The notes beneath the pieces were generated by a model, which worked only from the letters and a program-made list of their open reading frames with translations, did not search any database and was not told where the DNA came from. The translations under genes and the position numbers were made by a program. From Variovorax sp. (GTDB taxonomy: Bacteria; Pseudomonadota; Gammaproteobacteria; Burkholderiales; Burkholderiaceae_C): a DNA stretch of 44,988 nucleotides. Location: NCBI GenBank assembly GCA_004211245.1, contig SEGN01000023.1, positions 1 to 44,988 of the forward strand. Direction: 5' to 3'. Positions 37,749 to 44,988 of the stretch are shown piece by piece. How positions within the stretch are numbered: position 1 is the stretch's first letter; each line of letters starts with the position of its first letter.

Positions 37749-38429
37749 TCAGATATCGGCCCAGAGCCGCAGCAGGTTGTGGTAGTGACCCGTGAGCGCC
37801 ACCGTTTCGTCGCAGTCGCCGACGCGCGCGCGCAGCTTCTGGATCTGCTGATCGAGTTCGAACAGCATGCCGCGCTGCTGGTTGTCGCGCACCATGCTCT
37901 GCAGCCAGAAAAATGAACAGGTCCGGGCACCGCTTGTCACAGGCTGAACGCGATGCAGGCTCGTCGACGGGTACAGGATCAAGTCGCCTGCCGGGAGCTT
38001 CACCTCGTGCGTGCCATAGGTGTCCACCACTTCGAGCTCGCCGCCCTCGTATTCCTCCGGATCACAAAGGAACAGCGTGCACGACAGATCGGTGCGCAAC
38101 TGCTGGCCCGTGCCGGGCACCGACCGCACCGAACCGTCGACATGCAGACCATAGTGTTCGCCACCTTCGTAGCGGTTGAACAGGGGAGGCACGAAGCGCA
38201 GGGGAAGGGCGGCGGAAAAGAACAACTGGCTGTTTGCCAACGCGGACAAAACCGTCTTGCCAAGCTCGCGTCCGACCGGCGAATGTTCTGGCAGCTGCCG
38301 ATTGCGCTTGACCCGGGCCCCTTGCTCGCCGACGGTCTGGCGGCCATCGATCCAGTCGGTGGCGTCGAGGGCGGTGCGCAACTCGCGCACCTGTGCCGAT
38401 GTCAGCACTTCGGGTACATGCAGCATCAT
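37749..38429 (-). CDS. Fe(II)/2-oxoglutarate-dependent dioxygenase (PiuC/YbiX, PKHD type)
   Basis: [33 protein letters not shown]. Confidence 0.92.
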   Translation of the reverse strand: MMLHVPEVLTSAQVRELRTALDATDWIDGRQTVGEQGARVKRNRQLPEHSPVGRELGKTVLSALANSQLFFSAALPLRFVPPLFNRYEGGEHYGLHVDGSVRSVPGTGQQLRTDLSCTLFLCDPEEYEGGELEVVDTYGTHEVKLPAGDLILYPSTSLHRVQPVTSGARTCSFFWLQSMVRDNQQRGMLFELDQQIQKLRARVGDCDETVALTGHYHNLLRLWADI

Positions 38430-38519
38430 TTCCAGTGCGGCCTCTGAAGGTGAAAAGCCCCGGCAGGAGGGCCGGGGCTCGAGTGTCGCACCCTCGCAGG
38501 TGCGAGCCGTTGCGCGAGA

Positions 38520-40928
38520 TCAGAACGCGAAGTTGGCGGTCAGGCGGTAGGTTCGCGGCGCGCCAGGCGTGTAGCGGTAGCCGCTCTTGTTGATCGCCGC
38601 CACATAGTCCTTGTCGGTCAGGTTGTAGACATTGAACTGCAGGTCGACGTTCTTGTTGATGCGGTAGGAGGCCATGGCATCGAACACCCAGTAGGCGTCG
38701 ATGTAGCTCGGCGTGCCGACCGCGCCGTCGGTGCCGCGATGCAGCTTGCCGTTGTAGCGGGCGCCGAAGCCCAGCGTGACGCCGATCGGCAACCGGTAGG
38801 TCGTCCAGGCCGTGAACGAGTTCTTGGGCGTGTAGGCGAGGACGGAACCACCGTCGGCGAGCACCGACGGGCCGCTCAGGATCTTGGTGTCCTGGGTGGT
38901 GAAGCCGGCGCTGACGCCCCAGTTGTCGGTGATCGCGCCCGCTGCGCCGAGTTCGACGCCCTGGACGCGCTTCTTGCCGGTCTGGTAGTAATTGCCGCTG
39001 ACCGAGTCCTGCACCACTTCGTTGCTCACATCGGTGCGAAAAATGGCCGCCGTCAAGGCGAGCTTCTTGTTCAGCACGTCCCACTTGGTGCCGAGTTCCC
39101 AGGTCTTGGTCTTCTGCGGCAGGAAGTCGGTGCGGTTCGCGTTGTTGCCGGTGCCGCCTGCGGCCAGGGTGAAGTTGCTGCCGCCCGGAGGCTGTGCCGC
39201 CGTGCCGTAGGCGAGGTAGACACTGCTGAAGTCGGTCGGCTTGTAGACCACACCCAGCTTGCCGGTCCAAAGGCTGTTCGAGACGCCGTAAGAACTCGGG
39301 GTGAGCACGCCGCTGGTGGCGTTGAGTGCGGTCGAGTCGTAGTCGGTCTTGTAGTGGTCGTAGCGCAGGCCGCCTGTCAGGGACCACTGTTCGTTGAACT
39401 TGACCGTGTCGAACACGTAGGCGCCGATGGTGGTGGTCGTGCCCTCGGTCGTCGTGCCGTTGGGAATGCGCCGGTAGCCGGCCACGTTCGAATTCGGCGC
39501 GTACAGGTTCGCGGCGGGCCACATGCCGCTGTTGGTGATGCCAGGCGCGCCGAACACCGTTGCGCTTTGGCCGTAGTAGCCGAGGCTGTCCTGCTCTTCG
39601 CGGATCAGTTCGACCCCCGCATTGAGGGTGTGCCCCACGCTGCCGGTGTTGAACTTGGCACTGAGGTTCGTCTGGTTCGTCAGGATCGTGTTTTCCTGCG
39701 TCTTGTTGGTCGGCAGGTTGCGTGTCAGCGTCCACAGCGCCGGGTCGGCAACGGTCGTGGTGCCTGGAACGAATGTATTGATGAAGCCTGCCGTGCTGGC
39801 CGGCAGCACCCCACGGTAAGTACTGGTCGTTCCGACGCGTGAAGACGTGAGACCGCCGCCCATGAATGCGGTGAGCATGTAGTCCTGCTCGGTCTTGCCA
39901 TAGCGGAATGTGTTGCGCAGCGTGACGTCGGGCGTGATGTCGTGCTCGATGCGCGTCGTGATCATGTTCTGCGTCACGTTGTCGAAGTCCGACGAGGTGC
40001 CGTAGAAGTTGCTCGAGTCGACGCGAGACGCGAAGTTCAGGTAGCTGCGACGCTGAAGGCCGGCATTGATGGTGAGCGGATCCGGATTGGTGTAGCCCGG
40101 CAGACCGACGGTCGGGACGCCGCCGTCCGGAATGTTGTTCTGCTTGATGTGAACAAGGTCGACGTAGAAGCGCGTCGGGCTGTTCAGGCCGAATGCGAAC
40201 GACGGCGCAATGCCCCAGCGCTTGTTCTTCACAACGTCCCGGCCGGCTACGTCCGCGTCTTCCGTGACGGCGTTGAGTCGGAACGCCGCGCCGATGCCGT
40301 TGGAACCGCTCAGTGATTTGTTCCAGTCGATGGAACCGCGCTTGAAGCTGTCGCTCCCGAGGCTGACCGAGCCGAGGAAGCTGTCCGACAGCGAGGGCTT
40401 CTTGGTGATCAGGTTGATGTAGCCGGTCGGCGAGGTGCGGCCGGTGTCGCTGCCGGCCGGGCCTTTCACGACCTCGACCTGTTCGATGTTGAAAGTGTCC
40501 CGCGCTACCGAGCCGATATCCCGGATGCCGTCCACGAAGATGCTGCTCGAGCTGTCGAAGCCACGCATGTAGATCGCGTCACCCGTGCTGGTGTTGCCGT
40601 TTTCCCCAAGGTAGAACGCGCCAGCGCCTGGCGTGTTGCGAAGTGCTTCGGACAGCGTGGTTGCGCCTTGCTCGCGCAACACCTGCTCCCGGATGACCTG
40701 CACGGTCTGCGGCGTGTCGACCAGCGGTGCAGTGAACTTGGGGTTGGCCGACGTTTCGGCCTTGTAGTCGGGCGCGCTCGAGTCGCGCACCTGGACTTCC
40801 TGCAGTGTGTTGCCCGTCGTCTGCGCGCCGGCGGGGAGCGCAAAGGCCACCAGCGTGGCTGCGGCAACGCCGGTGAACGGGGAAACAGAACGCGCGACCG
40901 CGTGCTTGCGACTCTTGATGTACGCCAT
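38520..40928 (-). CDS. TonB-dependent (catecholate-type) siderophore receptor, Fiu/PiuA-like
   Basis: MAYIKSRKH N-terminus, LVDTPQT plug, RGFD, EVVKGP, NLTDKDY, C-terminal Phe. Confidence 0.92.
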   Translation of the reverse strand: MAYIKSRKHAVARSVSPFTGVAAATLVAFALPAGAQTTGNTLQEVQVRDSSAPDYKAETSANPKFTAPLVDTPQTVQVIREQVLREQGATTLSEALRNTPGAGAFYLGENGNTSTGDAIYMRGFDSSSSIFVDGIRDIGSVARDTFNIEQVEVVKGPAGSDTGRTSPTGYINLITKKPSLSDSFLGSVSLGSDSFKRGSIDWNKSLSGSNGIGAAFRLNAVTEDADVAGRDVVKNKRWGIAPSFAFGLNSPTRFYVDLVHIKQNNIPDGGVPTVGLPGYTNPDPLTINAGLQRRSYLNFASRVDSSNFYGTSSDFDNVTQNMITTRIEHDITPDVTLRNTFRYGKTEQDYMLTAFMGGGLTSSRVGTTSTYRGVLPASTAGFINTFVPGTTTVADPALWTLTRNLPTNKTQENTILTNQTNLSAKFNTGSVGHTLNAGVELIREEQDSLGYYGQSATVFGAPGITNSGMWPAANLYAPNSNVAGYRRIPNGTTTEGTTTTIGAYVFDTVKFNEQWSLTGGLRYDHYKTDYDSTALNATSGVLTPSSYGVSNSLWTGKLGVVYKPTDFSSVYLAYGTAAQPPGGSNFTLAAGGTGNNANRTDFLPQKTKTWELGTKWDVLNKKLALTAAIFRTDVSNEVVQDSVSGNYYQTGKKRVQGVELGAAGAITDNWGVSAGFTTQDTKILSGPSVLADGGSVLAYTPKNSFTAWTTYRLPIGVTLGFGARYNGKLHRGTDGAVGTPSYIDAYWVFDAMASYRINKNVDLQFNVYNLTDKDYVAAINKSGYRYTPGAPRTYRLTANFAF

Positions 40929-41041
40929 GAGGACTCCGAAAGACAGAAAGGAAATCGTCTCGACTGGCGGGTCTGGCATTGCGCGGCCGGAGGCGGCAAG
41001 CAGATTGGCTGGGTGAGCGGAAAGCGGAAACGCTTCGGGTT

Positions 41042-41061
41042 AAATGATAACCACTCGCAAC
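41042..41061. promoter_or_regulatory. Fur box upstream of the receptor
   Basis: AAATGATAACCACTCGCAAC. Confidence 0.65.
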
Positions 41062-41150
41062 AACTTTCCAGCCGCTTTGTCCCAGTTTCTTCGTTCGCAG
41101 TTCAGGTGGCGTTGCATTGCAGTCACACGCTGCGGTCGGCGGATGCCGGC

Positions 41151-42512
41151 TCAGTAGACGTCGCGCCGGTAGCGGCCGGCCGCGACGAGCGCAGCAAACC
41201 GCTGCGGACCGGCGATCTGCCGAAGCGCGGCATCGACGCCGGCCGCCATGCCCAGCAGACTTCCGCACACGTAGACGGCGGCGCCGCGATCGAGCCAGGA
41301 AACCACTTCCTCGGCCACCTGGAGCAGCTTGTGCTGCACGTAGAGCCGTTCGGCCTGATCGCGCGAGAACACCATGTCCAGCCGGCGCAGCAGTCCGGCG
41401 GACCGCAATGCCCGCAACTCGTTGCGGCACAGCCAGTCGTGTGCGGCGTTGCGTTCACCGAACAGCAGCCAGTTGTCGCCCTGACCAGCGGCCGCGCGGG
41501 CGCGCAGGTGGCCACGCAGGCCTGCCAGGCCAGTGCCGTTGCCGATCAACAGCAATGGCCGGTCCGCGTTGTCGCCCAGCCTGAAATTCGGATGCGGCTT
41601 CAGGCGCATCGGCACGCTGCCGCCGTGCGAGAGGGTGGCGGTGAGCCAGCCGGAGGCGAGTCCTAGGCGCCCATCGGGGTGCAGTTCCTGCCGCACCAGC
41701 AACTCGACCGCGCCATCGGCGGTGATCGAGGCAATCGAGTAGTCGCGCGGCCGCAGCCTGTCGCCGGGTGCCTCGATCTCCACCAGATCACCCGATTGCC
41801 AACTGGCCGCGGTTCCCGCCGGTGGCGTCAGCGCCAACTCGTAGATATCGGCGCCGGCGCTGCCCGGGTTCAGAAGCTCGCGCCGCGTCAGTTGCCAGAG
41901 CGCAAAGGGCGTTGCGTCGGCCGCCGGTTCGACGGCAGGACCCAACCGGAGCTCAGCCTGCCATCGCGCGAGCGCGGCCGGCTCGGCGTTGTCCACCTCG
42001 ATGCGGTCGAATTCCCGACGTGCCCCGCAAGCCTGGAGCCATTCGTCGAGCTGCTTCCCGAAGCCGCAAAAGTTCTGGTACTGGCGATCACCCAGCGCTA
42101 GCACCGCGTAGGCAAGGTGGCCGAGTCCGACCGGGGCAGTGCCCATGACGTTCTCGACAAAAAGGCTTGCGCCGTCCGGTGCATCGCCTTCGCCGTAGGT
42201 GCTGGCGATGAAGATTGCGCGCTGTGTCGTGCGCAGCGCGTCGGCATCCAGCGCATTGAGCGCGAGCACGCGCACCGGTGTCCCGAGCGCGTGCAGCCCG
42301 CGCGCGGTTTGCCAGGCCAGCGCTTCGGCCTGGCCAGTCTGGCTGGCGAACGCCACGAGCGCCGGGGCGGCGGCGCCCCCTGCCAGTGCATCGGACGCGG
42401 CATCGCTGGCCGCATGGCGCCGGCGTTCGCGCCACCAGATGGCAGCGCACAGCGCGGCGTACGCCAGCACAGTGCCGCCGGCCGCGGCGCTGCGGACAAC
42501 GTCGAGGCTCAT
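41151..42512 (-). CDS. Membrane-anchored flavodoxin + FAD/NAD(P)H reductase (CysJ-like)
   Basis: N-terminal TM, ASQTGQAE, STYGEG, LGDRQY..FC, RDYSIAS, GNGTGLAG, YVCG, RYRRDVY; ATGA overlap with apbE. Confidence 0.9.
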   Translation of the reverse strand: MSLDVVRSAAAGGTVLAYAALCAAIWWRERRRHAASDAASDALAGGAAAPALVAFASQTGQAEALAWQTARGLHALGTPVRVLALNALDADALRTTQRAIFIASTYGEGDAPDGASLFVENVMGTAPVGLGHLAYAVLALGDRQYQNFCGFGKQLDEWLQACGARREFDRIEVDNAEPAALARWQAELRLGPAVEPAADATPFALWQLTRRELLNPGSAGADIYELALTPPAGTAASWQSGDLVEIEAPGDRLRPRDYSIASITADGAVELLVRQELHPDGRLGLASGWLTATLSHGGSVPMRLKPHPNFRLGDNADRPLLLIGNGTGLAGLRGHLRARAAAGQGDNWLLFGERNAAHDWLCRNELRALRSAGLLRRLDMVFSRDQAERLYVQHKLLQVAEEVVSWLDRGAAVYVCGSLLGMAAGVDAALRQIAGPQRFAALVAAGRYRRDVY

Positions 42513-43519
42513 GCGTGCGGGCGGCCGGTCCAGGCGCGCGAGGCGCGCATGCGAGTGCCATCGGGTTGGCGCTCGATGAACAGCGCAGCAACGTCCGTCG
42601 CATCGGCGAATGCCAGCCCATCGTCTGCGCCGAGCACCATCAACACGGTGGCGAGCGCGTCGGCATGCACGCATTCGGGATGCAGCACGGTGACGGCTGC
42701 CAGCGCGTTGTCGACAGGCTCGCCACTGCGCGGATCGATGGTGTGAGACCAGCGGCGGCCCGCTTGCTCGCGCAGATGCCAGCGGTCGCCGGAGGTCGCC
42801 ACCGCCAGGCCTTCAAGGGTGACCGCGTGCGGCAGCCCTTCGAGCTGCACTGTCCACGGACGGCCGTCGGGACGGCGCCCCTCACCGCGCAGTTCGCCAC
42901 CGATCTCGACCAGCAGGTTCTCGAGCGCCAGCGCCCGGAGTGTTTCGACCACGTGATCGACTGCAAATCCCTTTGCGACGCCGGAAAGATCGAGCGTCAG
43001 GCCGCCGGGCTGCCGCAGGGTCGCGTTGGCGGCATCGAAGCCGAGCCGACGCCAGCCGCAGGCGAGCCGCGCGGCGCGCAGCAGTTCTGGCGAAGGCGTT
43101 CGTGCGTTTGCATCGCCCTGCGGCCCGAAACCCCACAGCCCGACGAGCGGTGCGACCGTGGGATCTAGCGCACCGCCGCTCGCGTCGGCCCAGTGGAGTG
43201 CGCAAGCCATCACCCGCGCGAACTCCGGGGCGAGCGCATGGACGCTGCCGGCTCCCGCACCGTTGTAGCGGCTCAGGTCGGAGTCCGCCTCCCAGTGGCT
43301 CATCTGCGCGACCACCTGTGCCAGAGCGGATTCCACGGCAGCGCGAACCACGTCGAGCGGCACCATGCGCGGATTGTCGAAACGCAGCGACCAGGTCGTC
43401 CCCATCGTCTGCCCGCCGATGTGATGCAGGCTCGCAGGATCGGAGCGCCGGGGTGTCGCTGCGTTGGCATACCCGGCCGCATGCCAGACGGGGTTGAACG
43501 AAAGTGACGACGCGTTCAT
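42509..43519 (-). CDS. apbE: FAD:protein FMN transferase (ApbE family)
   Basis: MGTTW, DPTV, DLSGVAKGFAVD, EIGGE, ATSGD, HTIDPRSG, ADALAT. Confidence 0.92.
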   Translation of the reverse strand: MNASSLSFNPVWHAAGYANAATPRRSDPASLHHIGGQTMGTTWSLRFDNPRMVPLDVVRAAVESALAQVVAQMSHWEADSDLSRYNGAGAGSVHALAPEFARVMACALHWADASGGALDPTVAPLVGLWGFGPQGDANARTPSPELLRAARLACGWRRLGFDAANATLRQPGGLTLDLSGVAKGFAVDHVVETLRALALENLLVEIGGELRGEGRRPDGRPWTVQLEGLPHAVTLEGLAVATSGDRWHLREQAGRRWSHTIDPRSGEPVDNALAAVTVLHPECVHADALATVLMVLGADDGLAFADATDVAALFIERQPDGTRMRASRAWTGRPHA

Positions 43520-43544
43520 GCGCGGAGCCTGCGGACGAGCGACA

Positions 43545-44336
43545 TCAAGGCATCACTTCGAGCGTCGCGGCATAGCTCAGGCGGCGCTCCTTGGCCTGCG
43601 GCACGGTGGTCTTGGTGTCCTTGGTGCTGACGTCGAGCCAGTACATGCCGGCGGCGGGCCATGTGACGCTGAATTGGCCCTTGCCGTCCGTCTTGATCCT
43701 CAGTTCGTCGAGTTTGTCGCGGTACTGCGTGTTGCCGGCGGTGACTGTCACCTCCAGATCTTTCGCCGGCTGGCCGTCGAGGTTCAACATGAAGGTCGAC
43801 TTTTCGCCCTTCACCAGATCGGTCGGGCTGCCGGTGGCGATCAGCTCGAGGCCCTGACCGATCGGCTTGAGCAGAGAGGGCTTGCCGACCGTGACGAAGG
43901 TCTCGATGCGGCCGGCCGATTGCGTGATGACCACGTCGGTGGCATCGGCGGGCACTTCCTTCGCAATGGTCTCAGGCGTGCCGCGGGCGCGCTTCTGCTG
44001 GCCCGCCTTGTCCTTCCAGCTCGCGAACGCGCCGCCATTCAGCACCGCGATGCGATAGGTGCCAGGCTGCGCCACGTTGACGTCGAACACCGTGCGCTGC
44101 TTGAGCTTGGCCTCGTTTTCGGCCTTGAGCATGCTGCCGTCGGGCGCCGTGATCTGCAGCCCGTCGATGCGCAGCGCGTTGTGGTTGGCCACGAACAGGT
44201 CGTTCGACACCGCAGCGTCGACCGTGATCACGTCGCCCTTCGACAAGACCGTGGTGGAGGGCAGAAGCCAGGCGTTGTGTGCGTGGGCGGTGCCCAATGC
44301 GGCGGTGAGGGCGAGGGCGAGCAGGGAAGTCTTCAT
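43545..44336 (-). CDS. DUF4198 family periplasmic protein
   Basis: Signal peptide ending AHA, mature N-terminus HNAWLLPS, TDGKG..W...G.YW C-terminal pattern; family assignment from memory. Confidence 0.75.
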   Translation of the reverse strand: MKTSLLALALTAALGTAHAHNAWLLPSTTVLSKGDVITVDAAVSNDLFVANHNALRIDGLQITAPDGSMLKAENEAKLKQRTVFDVNVAQPGTYRIAVLNGGAFASWKDKAGQQKRARGTPETIAKEVPADATDVVITQSAGRIETFVTVGKPSLLKPIGQGLELIATGSPTDLVKGEKSTFMLNLDGQPAKDLEVTVTAGNTQYRDKLDELRIKTDGKGQFSVTWPAAGMYWLDVSTKDTKTTVPQAKERRLSYAATLEVMP

Positions 44337-44388
44337 GGAGTGGCTCCGGTGAAAGTGTGGATGAAGGGGCGAATGACGCTGACGGTGC

Positions 44389-44922
44389 TCAGGGCTTGAG
44401 TTCGAGCTTGATGGCGCCCAGCTCTTCTTTTCCGGTGGCCGCACCTTGTGCTGCTGCAGTGGGCGGCCACTGGAACGGGATGCTCACGACCTCGCGGCCG
44501 CCGACTTCGCGTGCGGCTTCCACCACGAGCTTGTAGCTGCCGGGCGCCAGTTTGGGCAGCGCAGCGCTGCCTTCGGTGAAGCTGAGCTGGTGCGTGCCGG
44601 CGGGCTTGGTGGCGCCCGTGACGCCGTCGACCGGCACCGCGAGCTCGCGGCCACCGCGGCGCCACCACTGGCGCATGTCCTTCAACCATTTGGTGCCTTC
44701 GCCCTCGGGGTTGTTGGTCTTGGTGCGGATGTCGTACCAGACGCTGAGCGTGGTTGCCAGCGTGTTGTCCGCGCGTTCGATCCAGGCCGCCACGTAGGGA
44801 CGGTGGTACTCCGATACGTTGAGCCGGGGAATTTCGATGCTCACGCCGAGGCCTGCGGCCAGGGCAGGGGCGCTGAACAGCGCGCCGAGTGCGAGGGATG
44901 GGAGTGCGTAGGAGATTTTCAC
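44389..44922 (-). CDS. DUF2271 family periplasmic protein, putative flavinylation substrate
   Basis: Signal peptide; EYHRPYVA, WLKDMRQWWR, DGVTGAT ([S/T]GA[S/T] FMN-attachment motif), EAAREVGG; GTG start. Confidence 0.82.
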   Translation of the reverse strand: MKISYALPSLALGALFSAPALAAGLGVSIEIPRLNVSEYHRPYVAAWIERADNTLATTLSVWYDIRTKTNNPEGEGTKWLKDMRQWWRRGGRELAVPVDGVTGATKPAGTHQLSFTEGSAALPKLAPGSYKLVVEAAREVGGREVVSIPFQWPPTAAAQGAATGKEELGAIKLELKP

Positions 44923-44949
44923 GAAGCGGCTCTTTCTTGAACAAGCGAA

Positions 44950-44988
44950 TCAATGGATGAAGATCAGCGCCAGCAGCACCGGGATCAC
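44950..44988 (-). CDS. 3' end of a membrane protein (VIPVLLALIFIH*), probably a PepSY-associated TM helix protein; truncated by the window edge
   Basis: Hydrophobic tail ending in His directly upstream of DUF2271; identity inferred from usual cluster context. Confidence 0.55.
   Translation of the reverse strand: MIPVLLALIFIH

Noticed and set aside
38453-38505. Two hairpins between the receptor and piuC
   Set aside because: Compatible with an ordinary mRNA-stabilising or weak terminator structure; no further copies were noticed that would define a REP family.

Overview
High-GC chromosomal window from a betaproteobacterium; gene content and order look like Comamonadaceae (Variovorax-like), which is an inference. 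It is mostly core genes: dnaG, phasin, pncB, rmuC, efp, earP, uvrC, pgsA, hupB, tRNA-Val, ppiD, tRNA-His, hns, surE-pcm-nlpD-rlmD. Accessory modules are a caa3-type oxidase with fused subunits I+III, a LysR / fluoroacetate-dehalogenase-like hydrolase / tartrate dehydrogenase cassette, and a ~10 kb iron island with Fur boxes (hemP, exbBD-tonB, bfd, piuC, Fiu-like receptor). Next to the island is a PepSY-TM/DUF2271/DUF4198/ApbE/flavodoxin-reductase flavinylation cluster. No CRISPR array, IS or integrase was seen. Main observations: (1) three junctions where gene starts appear cleanly cut out (earP|uvrC, tRNA-Val terminator|ppiD, and a cytochrome c tail before coxB), which could be real deletions or closed assembly gaps; (2) an unannotated 24-aa membrane peptide ORF between bfd and tonB; (3) 3'-UTR sRNA candidates behind phaP and hemP; (4) an ApbE with no signal peptide paired with an exported DUF2271 substrate candidate beside the iron-uptake genes.
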